DNA of 15,870 nucleotides from Candidatus Auribacterota bacterium. Lineage in GTDB: Bacteria; Auribacterota; UBA6266. The DNA lies in contig JAGLRQ010000047.1 of NCBI GenBank assembly GCA_023136205.1, forward strand, positions 1-15,870, written 5' to 3'. Within the stretch, counting starts at the first letter, position 1. Every line of letters starts with the position of its first letter. Positions 5,636 through 12,666 of the stretch are shown in pieces. A program made the position numbers and the translations under genes. The notes under the pieces were generated by a model. That model did no database searches, was not told the origin of the DNA, and saw only the letters and a program-made list of their open reading frames with translations.

Positions 5636-6994
5636 ATGAAAAATATAAAAGAAATTATAATTATGGGATGCGGCCCCGCGGGGCTGGCAGCAGGATACCA
5701 CCTCGCCAGAAAAGGTATTCGACCCCACCTCTTTGACAAAGATACATCCGTAGGCGGCCTTTCCAAAACTGTACACTGGAAAGGGAACAAATTTAACCTG
5801 GGCGAACATAGATTTTACACAAAATATCCCGAGGTGTTAAAGCTATGGAAAGACATTCTCCCCAGGGATTTGAAAACGAAAAAGTGCGTATCAAGAACCT
5901 ACTATAACAATAAATTTTTAGAATACAAAAACCTTTACAAAAATCTCGGCTTTAATAAAACAATTCTATGCTTTCTCAGTTACGCCAAAACCCGCGTTTC
6001 CAGGAGAAAAAGCGAAGAAACATTTGAAGAATTGATAACAAATAGATTCGGCAGAAAATTTTTTGAAATCTTTTTCAAGAACTACACCGAAAAGACATGG
6101 GGGCTTCCCTGCGGTAAACTTAGCCCCGAGCGGAGAACACAAGGAATTAAGAATTTTCCTCTAATAACCGCGATAAAAAACTCTTTTGAAAATATTTCAC
6201 CATCGCTGGAAAAAGCTCCGGAGATTAAAACAGCCATAACCGAACCGCTCTATCCAAAAAAAGGGCCCGGGCAATTATATGAGAAAATCGCGGACTACAT
6301 AAAGAAACGCGGGGGAAAGATATCGCTGAACACAGAATTAAAAGAAATAGAAATTTCGGAAAACAGAATAACAAAAGCAATATTAAACGACACGGAATAT
6401 TCCCCCGGCGAATTTATCTCGAGTATCCCACTCAATCATTTCATAGAGTCAATTGCTTCCTTAATACCTCAAACAGTAAGGGATGCCGCTAAAAAACTCA
6501 AATTCAGGAACCTTTTAAAAGTTGTGCTTATTTACAACAAAAAGGGCCTTTTCCCTGACAACTGGATATATATTAATAATTCAAACGTAAAAGTGGTAAG
6601 GATTCAGAATTTTAATAATTGGTCTAAAGTTATGACGGTTGACAGAAATTCGACCATGCTTGGGCTGGAATATTTCTGCGGCAAAAATGATGATATATGG
6701 AACAGTACTGATAATGAGCTTATAAATTTAGGCCTTGAAGATCTCGAAAAACTAAACCTGGCAAAAGCGGATTTTTTCAGCGATGGAATAGTTTATCGCG
6801 TTTCAGATGCTTATCCCATCGACAGCATTGGTTACAAAGAAAATTTAAAAGTAGTCCGTGAATACCTCGATAATATAAGCAACCTGCATTTAGCAGGCAG
6901 GGCAGGGACATTCGGATATGACAATATGAGCTACTCTGTAATGACGGGAATACAGTCGGCAAAAAACATTTTAGCGGGCAAAAAAGCAATCTAA
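5636..6994 (+). CDS. FAD/NAD(P)-binding oxidoreductase, UDP-galactopyranose-mutase / amine-oxidase-like fold
   Basis: 452 aa. N-terminal Rossmann dinucleotide motif IIIMGCGPAGLAAGYHLARKG...FDKDTSVGG. LGEHRFYT and FFKNYTEKTWG resemble the Glf-family HxFHT and YTxKQWG blocks. There is no SD before ATG 5636. Confidence 0.75.
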   Translation: MKNIKEIIIMGCGPAGLAAGYHLARKGIRPHLFDKDTSVGGLSKTVHWKGNKFNLGEHRFYTKYPEVLKLWKDILPRDLKTKKCVSRTYYNNKFLEYKNLYKNLGFNKTILCFLSYAKTRVSRRKSEETFEELITNRFGRKFFEIFFKNYTEKTWGLPCGKLSPERRTQGIKNFPLITAIKNSFENISPSLEKAPEIKTAITEPLYPKKGPGQLYEKIADYIKKRGGKISLNTELKEIEISENRITKAILNDTEYSPGEFISSIPLNHFIESIASLIPQTVRDAAKKLKFRNLLKVVLIYNKKGLFPDNWIYINNSNVKVVRIQNFNNWSKVMTVDRNSTMLGLEYFCGKNDDIWNSTDNELINLGLEDLEKLNLAKADFFSDGIVYRVSDAYPIDSIGYKENLKVVREYLDNISNLHLAGRAGTFGYDNMSYSVMTGIQSAKNILAGKKAI

Positions 6995-8436
6995 AACTCT
7001 CTCACCACATAATTCGCTTCGTCATACCGGTAAGAAAAAATTTCGCTCCCGCTTAAAATATCCCCTGTTTTTTCCGCTCTCAAAATTACATAGAAATTTT
7101 CACCTTCTTTTTCTAAATTCTCAATTTCTCCGACAGTAAGACGGGGAATCTTTTTGCCGAGATAAAAAACAAGTTCCGCGTTATGAAAATCATATGTATA
7201 TACACCTTTTTCCCCAATACCTCTTCTTTTTATTTCCATGGCAAGGTTCTTAAAAGACGAATTCGGGTAAAATTTCATGTGGAGGAAAAATGAGTCAAGT
7301 ATGGCGCCGGATATAACACATAAAACAAACATAGAAATAACAACAATAACAACACGCCCCACCTTTTTGCGATCAATCAGAAAATCAGCGAACCATCCTG
7401 TAACAAGTGCCATCGGAGGCAAAAGCAGAAGAGAATAATGCGGCTGTTTATTGGGATTTACTGAAAGTAAAATAAAAGAAACAACTAACCAGACGAGGGT
7501 AAATACAAGTGCCTGATTTTTTTCTTTTTTGAAAAACGCGAACCCGGCACCCCAGTACATAAAGACAGTCCACGGAGCAAAACATTTAAACAACGTGTAA
7601 AAATAATAATAGAATGGCCCCGGATGATCTATCCCTTTCACAAATGCTATTTCAAGCTCATTTTTAAAAACTCCTGCTGCTAATCCACTTTCACGCAAAG
7701 CCGCCATTGCGTACCACAACGAACTTAAAATAAGGCAAATTAGGAGGCTGATTGGATTTAACCATTTTTTAATTTCTTTAAATTCCCTCAACACTAAAAG
7801 CACACACAGGAAAGATAGAAAGGGAAGAACAAAGCCTGCCGGGCCTTTAAGATTAACGGCAACCGCGCACATAAAGTATCCGGCAAGATACATATAAGTT
7901 TTCCTTACGTCCGATGAAAAAGCTATATACCAAAAAAACGCGGCAAGAACAATGCTTAAGACAAGAGCCATATCTATTTCCGCGAGCCGCGAATGTTTTA
8001 TGAACTGAAAAGAGGTTGCTAAAACAAGAGAAGTTATAAAGCCGGCTCTTTTATTAAAAAGCCTCTTGCCGAAAAAAAACATAACAATTACCGCTAAAAG
8101 ACTAAAAACAAATGAAGGGAATCTCGCGGAAAATTCATTTACCGTATCAAAAAGGCAATACGAACCGGCTACAATCCATGTCATAAGAGGGGGTTTTTTT
8201 AAACGCGGTATTCCGTTTAATGTAGGGATAAACCAGTTGCCGTCTTTCAACGCCTCTCTCGCTGTGACAGCTACTCTTGCTTCCTGAGTTCTCTCTATGG
8301 GGATTTTCCACATTCCAAGAAAAGAAACTAAAAAAGAAATGAGAATTATTGTTAAAAGGTATTTATAGAAAAAAGGGACAGTCCACCTGTTCTCTGCGCT
8401 CGCTTGGGACTGTCCCCATTTTCTAAAATTGTTCAA
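6991..8436 (-). CDS. GT-C fold glycosyltransferase of the ArnT/PMT_2 type (GT83/GT39-like), polyprenyl-phosphate-sugar dependent
   Basis: 481 aa with more than 10 predicted TM helices. It has the signature periplasmic-loop motif EARVAVTAREALKDGNWFIPTLNGIPRLKKPPLMTW (compare ArnT E-x-RYA-x-REM...KPPL-x-YW). The start codon is TTG (8436..8434), 8 nt after the upstream stop. Confidence 0.85.
   Translation of the reverse strand: MNNFRKWGQSQASAENRWTVPFFYKYLLTIILISFLVSFLGMWKIPIERTQEARVAVTAREALKDGNWFIPTLNGIPRLKKPPLMTWIVAGSYCLFDTVNEFSARFPSFVFSLLAVIVMFFFGKRLFNKRAGFITSLVLATSFQFIKHSRLAEIDMALVLSIVLAAFFWYIAFSSDVRKTYMYLAGYFMCAVAVNLKGPAGFVLPFLSFLCVLLVLREFKEIKKWLNPISLLICLILSSLWYAMAALRESGLAAGVFKNELEIAFVKGIDHPGPFYYYFYTLFKCFAPWTVFMYWGAGFAFFKKEKNQALVFTLVWLVVSFILLSVNPNKQPHYSLLLLPPMALVTGWFADFLIDRKKVGRVVIVVISMFVLCVISGAILDSFFLHMKFYPNSSFKNLAMEIKRRGIGEKGVYTYDFHNAELVFYLGKKIPRLTVGEIENLEKEGENFYVILRAEKTGDILSGSEIFSYRYDEANYVVREF
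8375..8416. repeat. Perfect 10-bp GC-rich inverted repeat (GGGACAGTCC / GGACTGTCCC) with a 22-nt loop, inside codons 7-21 of the GT-C gene
   Basis: Read directly from the sequence: 8375..8384 is the exact reverse complement of 8407..8416. In the minus-strand mRNA the stem begins about 20 nt downstream of the TTG start. Confidence 0.6.
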
Positions 8437-8444
8437 TTCTATCT

Positions 8445-8753
8445 CTATGCTTCTACAGATTTCTTCTTGTAAATAAAATACAGGTTTCGGACATAAACTA
8501 CACTGTTAAAAAGATAGCCTACTATATAAACAGGTTTCTTGATATAAAAGCCGTACACAAGAAGAAGAAGGCTGCCTACAATACTCAAATACCAGAAAGA
8601 AACAGGAATAATACTCTGTTTTTTTCTCTCAGTGGCAATCCACTGAACAATAAACCTTGAACTGAAAAAAAGCTGGCCAACCCATCCGATCAATGCCCAG
8701 GGATCTTTTAATTCAACATAAAGTTCTTTGAAGTAATTGGCTGCCGCGTCCAT
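8445..8753 (-). CDS. LAB_N (lipid-A-disaccharide synthase N-terminal domain) family small membrane protein
   Basis: 102 aa with 3 TM helices. The motif GWVGQLFFSSRFIVQWIATERKKQSIIPVSFWYLSIVGSLLLLVYG...VRNLYFI matches the LAB_N (PF07578-like) consensus GQxxFxxRFxxQWxxSExxxxSxxPxxFWxxS. The ATG lies 1 nt after the upstream stop. Confidence 0.8.
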   Translation of the reverse strand: MDAAANYFKELYVELKDPWALIGWVGQLFFSSRFIVQWIATERKKQSIIPVSFWYLSIVGSLLLLVYGFYIKKPVYIVGYLFNSVVYVRNLYFIYKKKSVEA

Positions 8754-8754
8754 C

Positions 8755-9489
8755 CTATTTCTCCTGTTTTATCCTGTATAGCAGTTTCCTTTTTTTCATC
8801 CATCTTACAGCAAGCATGTCTAAAAATGATTTAAACACCCTGTTCCAGACACCATATTTTGACTCGCCGTGCAATCTCTTCGCGTGTTTTACAGGTATTT
8901 CAATAACCGAAAATCCTTCCATTTTAAAAAGAGTCGGTAAAAACCTGTGAAATCCGTTATACATTAAAATGCTTTCAAAGCACTCTTTTTTAAAAGCGCG
9001 ATAAGTACATCCCGCGTCTGTAATCTCGTCTTTAAGAATGCTGTTTCTTACCTTGTTTGCTACGCGCGAAGAAATATTCTTGATAAACCCGTCTTTTCTC
9101 ATTCCCACCCTTGTTCCGCAAACACAGTCGAATTCCTTGATTTTTTCAAGAAACGCGGGAATGTCCGCAGGATCATTTTCAAGGTCAGCATCTATAGTCA
9201 TCAACACCCTCCCGCCGGATGATTTAAGGGCGGCATCCTCAGCAGCGCTCTCTCCTGAATTTTCTTCAAACTGGAGACATCTTAAGAAAGGGCATTTTTG
9301 CTTCGTCTCAAGCATTACCTGCCAGGATCTATCCGTACTACAATCATCCACCACAACTATCTCGTAAGAGTATCCGGGAATATTTTTCATCACCTTCATT
9401 ATCCTGTCAACAATCACAGGAATATTCCCCTCTTCATTGAAAACAGGAATACATATGGAAAGGCCTAATTCGCTTTCCTTTTCGGCCAT
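8755..9489 (-). CDS. GT2 polyprenyl-phosphate glycosyltransferase (ArnC/GtrB/DPM1-like)
   Basis: 244 aa. LSICIPVFNEEGNI, YEIVVVDDCSTDRS and TIDADLENDP (DxD) form a GT-A core. The C-terminus is short and amphipathic, as in ArnC/Dpm1-type enzymes. The ATG lies 1 nt after the upstream stop. Confidence 0.85.
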   Translation of the reverse strand: MAEKESELGLSICIPVFNEEGNIPVIVDRIMKVMKNIPGYSYEIVVVDDCSTDRSWQVMLETKQKCPFLRCLQFEENSGESAAEDAALKSSGGRVLMTIDADLENDPADIPAFLEKIKEFDCVCGTRVGMRKDGFIKNISSRVANKVRNSILKDEITDAGCTYRAFKKECFESILMYNGFHRFLPTLFKMEGFSVIEIPVKHAKRLHGESKYGVWNRVFKSFLDMLAVRWMKKRKLLYRIKQEK

Positions 9490-9490
9490 T

Positions 9491-10573
9491 TCAACACCCC
9501 AAAAATTCTTTGATAGAATTTACAACATATTCTATATTCTCTTTCTCGAGTGCGGGATACATAGGAAGCGAAAGAATTTTCTTAACCGCGGTTTCCGTTG
9601 CCGGAAGAGATATTTCCCCTATAAGCCCGGTTACTGCCGGCTGTTTATGGACAGGAACGGGATAATGTATTCCTGTGCCTATCCCTTTTTCCTTTAAAAA
9701 TTCTTTCATTTTATCCCTGTCGTCAACTTCAATAACATACATATGAAAAACATGCTCCACACCTTCCCTTGTTTTCGGTGTTTTAACAATGCCTTTAAGC
9801 AACTCGGTATATTTAGCCGCGTGTTTTCCTCTATTTCTATTAAGCTCATCTATAACTTTAAGCTGACACCTGCCGACAGCAGCCTGTATCTCGTTAAATC
9901 TCATATTAAACCCCATTTCATCATTAAAAAATTTACTTTGCCTGCCATGGTTTCTGAGAGAAATAACTCTATCTGCCAGAGCGTCGTCACTTGTCGCTAT
10001 CCCCCCGCCGTCACCATAAACAGTAAGATTCTTGGAAGGGTAGAAGGAAAAACCCGCGGCCAAACCCATACTGCCAACCCTATTGCCATTGTACTTCGCC
10101 CCAACCGCCTGCGCGCAATCTTCTATAACAAAAAGACTATGCTTTTTAGCAATCTCCATGATTCTCGTCATATTGGCCGGCTGGCCATACAGATGGACAG
10201 GAAGTATCCCGATAGACTTAGGCGTAATCTTTTTTTCCAAATCATCAGGATCCATGCAATATGTCTCATCAATATCAACAAACACAGGTTTCAGCCCCAC
10301 ATGACAAATAGGTTCAACTGAAGGAAAAGCCGTTAAAGATGGAAGAAGAATCTCCCCTTCCTCTTTTAAATTCATTCCCTTAAGCAGAAGATGCACTGCT
10401 GATGTCCACGAATTTGACAGGACAAATCTTTTAACACCGACAAAACCGGCAAGTTCCTTCTCAAATGAGTCAGACTCGGGGCCCAGGATAAAATTCCCGG
10501 AATCTAAAACTTTAAGCACACTGTCTTTAATTTCTTTTGAATTGTAAACTTTTGAAAGCGGTATTTTCTTCAT
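9491..10573 (-). CDS. DegT/DnrJ/EryC1/StrS-family PLP-dependent sugar aminotransferase (ArnB/GnnB/WbpE-like)
   Basis: The FSFYPSKNLTVYGDGGGI block contains the PLP Lys. ILGPESDSFEKELAGF, IEDCAQAVGA and LRNHG are also present. The ORF track starts at TTG 10576; the adjacent ATG 10573 with AAGGGA upstream is preferred. Confidence 0.9.
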   Translation of the reverse strand: MKKIPLSKVYNSKEIKDSVLKVLDSGNFILGPESDSFEKELAGFVGVKRFVLSNSWTSAVHLLLKGMNLKEEGEILLPSLTAFPSVEPICHVGLKPVFVDIDETYCMDPDDLEKKITPKSIGILPVHLYGQPANMTRIMEIAKKHSLFVIEDCAQAVGAKYNGNRVGSMGLAAGFSFYPSKNLTVYGDGGGIATSDDALADRVISLRNHGRQSKFFNDEMGFNMRFNEIQAAVGRCQLKVIDELNRNRGKHAAKYTELLKGIVKTPKTREGVEHVFHMYVIEVDDRDKMKEFLKEKGIGTGIHYPVPVHKQPAVTGLIGEISLPATETAVKKILSLPMYPALEKENIEYVVNSIKEFLGC

Positions 10574-10585
10574 CAAATATCCCTT

Positions 10586-11560
10586 CTATTCTTCGAGATT
10601 AATTAACTTCCCTTCTTTCGCTGACCGGTAAGCGGCTTCTATTATCTTCACCACATTATAACCGTCTTCGCCATCGGCCAAAGGTTTCTTCCTGTTTTTA
10701 ACACAATCAATAAAACTTTCCAGCTCAAGAACTAACGGCTCTGCCTGCATGATTTCCTGTGTTAGTACCTCTCCCTGGGTCGCGACCCATGTATTTTCGT
10801 TTTTAGCATGAGTGTTTTTGTATATCTTTATCTTATCCTGGGATGAAGTAAAATCGCATTCCAGGGTAGCATCAGAACCAATAATAACTACTTCTCTCTT
10901 CTTTTTTGGCCTGAAATAGTTAGCCCGGACTTCGGCGTCAACATCACCATAATTAAGAGAAATCCATGAGGAATCATCCATGCCTCTCCCTAGATTGTCC
11001 TGCATCCTCGCAAGGACTTTCACAGGAATTTTCCCCAGAAGAAAATTAAAAAGATCTATATAATGCAATGAATCTGACCAGCTCACACCCGCATCCATCC
11101 GCGGCCTTTTAAAACCGTAAAAATTTCCTATCATCCACTTTATTTCCCCAAGCGTACCATCCTTTATTTTTTCAACCATAAAGTTTGTCGCGGGGTCAAA
11201 TCTGAAAACATGGCCTACCTGGAGAATCTTTTTGTCTTTCTCCGCCATTTTACATAATTTTCTGCAGTCGCCGGAATTAAGAGCAAGAGGTTTTTCAACA
11301 AATACATCCTTCCCCTTCTCAAAAGCAGCCGAACATACCTCGAGATGCGTATCGGCAGGAGTTACCACATCAACAGCATCAACTTCATCCAAAAAGCTAT
11401 CGTAAGAATCCGATATTTTCGATTGAGGAATCCCGGTTTCAAGAGCTTTCTTCCTTGAATCCTCATTGGAATCCACAACATAAACATCCATATTCAACAT
11501 TTTAAGTATTCTAAGGTGGTTACTCCCCCACCTTCCAAAACCAACAAGCATTATTTTCAT
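10586..11560 (-). CDS. Gfo/Idh/MocA-family NAD(P)-dependent (sugar-nucleotide) oxidoreductase
   Basis: 324 aa. N-terminal Rossmann motif MKIMLVGFGRWGSNHL. The family block DVFVEKPLALN (EKP motif). The C-terminal alpha/beta domain is typical of GFO_IDH_MocA. SD GGGGTG lies upstream of ATG 11560. Confidence 0.85.
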   Translation of the reverse strand: MKIMLVGFGRWGSNHLRILKMLNMDVYVVDSNEDSRKKALETGIPQSKISDSYDSFLDEVDAVDVVTPADTHLEVCSAAFEKGKDVFVEKPLALNSGDCRKLCKMAEKDKKILQVGHVFRFDPATNFMVEKIKDGTLGEIKWMIGNFYGFKRPRMDAGVSWSDSLHYIDLFNFLLGKIPVKVLARMQDNLGRGMDDSSWISLNYGDVDAEVRANYFRPKKKREVVIIGSDATLECDFTSSQDKIKIYKNTHAKNENTWVATQGEVLTQEIMQAEPLVLELESFIDCVKNRKKPLADGEDGYNVVKIIEAAYRSAKEGKLINLEE

Positions 11561-11599
11561 AGAATCACCCCTTAATTTTCTTCCTTGGTTAAACCAGAC

Positions 11600-11629
11600 A
11601 TACTACTGTATTTGCCACTAATTTTTCAA
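11600..11629 (-). promoter_or_regulatory. Candidate promoter of the five-gene minus-strand glycan operon
   Basis: On the minus strand: TTGAAA (complement of 11624..11629), an 18-nt spacer, then TAGTAT (complement of 11600..11605), about 35 nt upstream of ATG 11560. Motif match only. Confidence 0.3.
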
Positions 11630-11732
11630 CAGAAAACATTTACTAAATTCATCTTGACAAATCTAATCCCAAGATTTACCGTAAAACATCGGGTCTGTTA
11701 GACAGGTGTGTATTTTTGCGGGGAGGACGCAT

Positions 11733-12080
11733 ATGCTTAATAAGCGAAAATATGAGCGGTTGAAAGTATCGGCAACAATAACCCTTTGTAAAAAAGGGCT
11801 CTTCCGTAAGGGGGTCCCCATCCGCATTCATATTACCAATATATCAAAGGGAGGCGCGCAGGTAATAAGTGCCGTTCCATTTAATAAAAACGACCGCGTA
11901 ATGCTTACCTGTCAGTCAAGGGATAAATTAACATCTATAGATCTCGCGGGAAAGATAGCCTGGACAAAACCTGTGACCATTAAAAACAAACCTTTAATTC
12001 TTGTTGGCATCCAGTTTTCATCAGCCCGTGACAAAGATTTTGAGCAGGTTGCGACAATGCTCATTGCCAATTTAACTTAA
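11733..12080 (+). CDS. Single-domain PilZ protein (putative c-di-GMP receptor)
   Basis: 115 aa from ATG 11733, with GGAGG at 11722..11726 (6-nt spacing). The ORF-track GTG 11706 is less likely. Both PilZ signatures are present: RKYER (RxxxR) and NISKGG (D/N-x-S-x-x-G). Confidence 0.75.
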   Translation: MLNKRKYERLKVSATITLCKKGLFRKGVPIRIHITNISKGGAQVISAVPFNKNDRVMLTCQSRDKLTSIDLAGKIAWTKPVTIKNKPLILVGIQFSSARDKDFEQVATMLIANLT

Positions 12081-12160
12081 AAATTTACTTTGAAATTACG
12101 CCAAAACTAACCCTTCGTCCGACACGCTGGTATATCTATAATAATAAACAGCATAAAAAC

Positions 12161-12189
12161 TTGAATAAGAATAGATATTTACATATAAT
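12161..12189 (+). promoter_or_regulatory. Near-consensus sigma70 promoter for the small secreted protein gene
   Basis: TTGAAT (12161..12166), exactly 17 nt of spacer, then TATAAT (12184..12189). SD AAGGAG at 12210..12215 and ATG at 12222 follow. Confidence 0.55.
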
Positions 12190-12221
12190 CGTCTGAAATA
12201 TCAAAAACAAAGGAGTGTGGA

Positions 12222-12548
12222 ATGAAAAAAGTTACCTGTTTAATTCTTTGTGTTGCTTTTGCCCTTTCTATCGCTCTCCCTTCTTACGCGGTAACCATTA
12301 CAAGAGAAAGGGGCATGCAGTATCAGGGTGGAGAAAAACCAAAGATCAACCCTGCAAGTGTTAAACAAAAAACAGCCCGCATGCTGGGAAAAACATCGGG
12401 CACAACACTCGGAAGAGTTCCCGGCGGCTCCAAAGCCTGGGCGGAATATCAGAAGGCACAATACGAGAAAACCGGACAAGCTACAGGACAGAAAAATATT
12501 CAGAACTTCAAAACGAAGATTATCAATAAAATAGAAAGAAAAGACTAA
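12222..12548 (+). CDS. Small secreted, highly basic, low-complexity protein of unknown function
   Basis: 108 aa. Sec-type signal peptide MKKVTCLILCVAFALSIALPSYA|VT. The mature part of about 85 aa is rich in K/G/T/Q, has no Cys and no family I recognise. Strong promoter and SD signals support expression. Confidence 0.65.
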   Translation: MKKVTCLILCVAFALSIALPSYAVTITRERGMQYQGGEKPKINPASVKQKTARMLGKTSGTTLGRVPGGSKAWAEYQKAQYEKTGQATGQKNIQNFKTKIINKIERKD

Positions 12549-12666
12549 AACTCCTAATTATTATCAGCAGCTAGCGAAGGTCCATCGTAGCGGAATTCAC
12601 TATTCATCTCCGCGCTCACGTACGGGGAATTTTGCGAAGGCGGATTAAAAAACTCACACGCAGTAA

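Noticed and set aside
5622-5639. Five-codon upstream ORF (ATG TTT TTT TAT CCA TGA) overlapping the flavoprotein start as ATGA.
   Set aside because: It is too short to distinguish from chance in AT-rich DNA, and it has only a weak AAGG upstream. It is mentioned under the flavoprotein finding but not called as a feature.
5608-5790. 60-aa minus-strand ORF overlapping the start of the flavoprotein gene.
   Set aside because: It is antisense to the Rossmann-fold coding region, with no signals.
9743-10321. 192-aa plus-strand ORF, and the nested ORF at 10083..10304.
   Set aside because: Both are antisense to the DegT aminotransferase gene. There is no SD and no recognisable domain, so these are shadow ORFs. 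The same reasoning applies to the ORFs at 1287..1514, 1809..2066, 2091..2366, 6777..6989, 8066..8287, 9038..9367, 9437..9697, 12932..13321, 13345..13533, 13912..14272, 14283..14739, 14681..14869, 14934..15194 and 15487..15708.
11654-11682. Perfect TTGACA -35 hexamer upstream of the PilZ gene.
   Set aside because: The best -10 at 17-nt spacing is TACCGT (3/6 match), so it is not called as a promoter feature.
12240-12534. Alternative-frame and antisense ORFs (12240..12479 minus strand, 12328..12534 plus strand) within the small secreted protein gene.
   Set aside because: Only the 12222 frame has a promoter, an SD and a signal peptide. The others lack start-site signals.
12549-12666. Relatively GC-rich convergent spacer with short direct repeats (GCGAAGG twice; CGTAGCGGAATT versus CGTACGGGGAATT) and competing 5-bp GCGGA/TCCGC pairings. 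It also holds a 17-codon minus-strand ORF (ATG at 12607).
   Set aside because: There is no stem longer than 5 bp, no T-tract for an intrinsic terminator, and the mini-ORF has GGAG directly abutting the ATG. The evidence is insufficient for a terminator, an ncRNA or a peptide. Covariation analysis would be needed.
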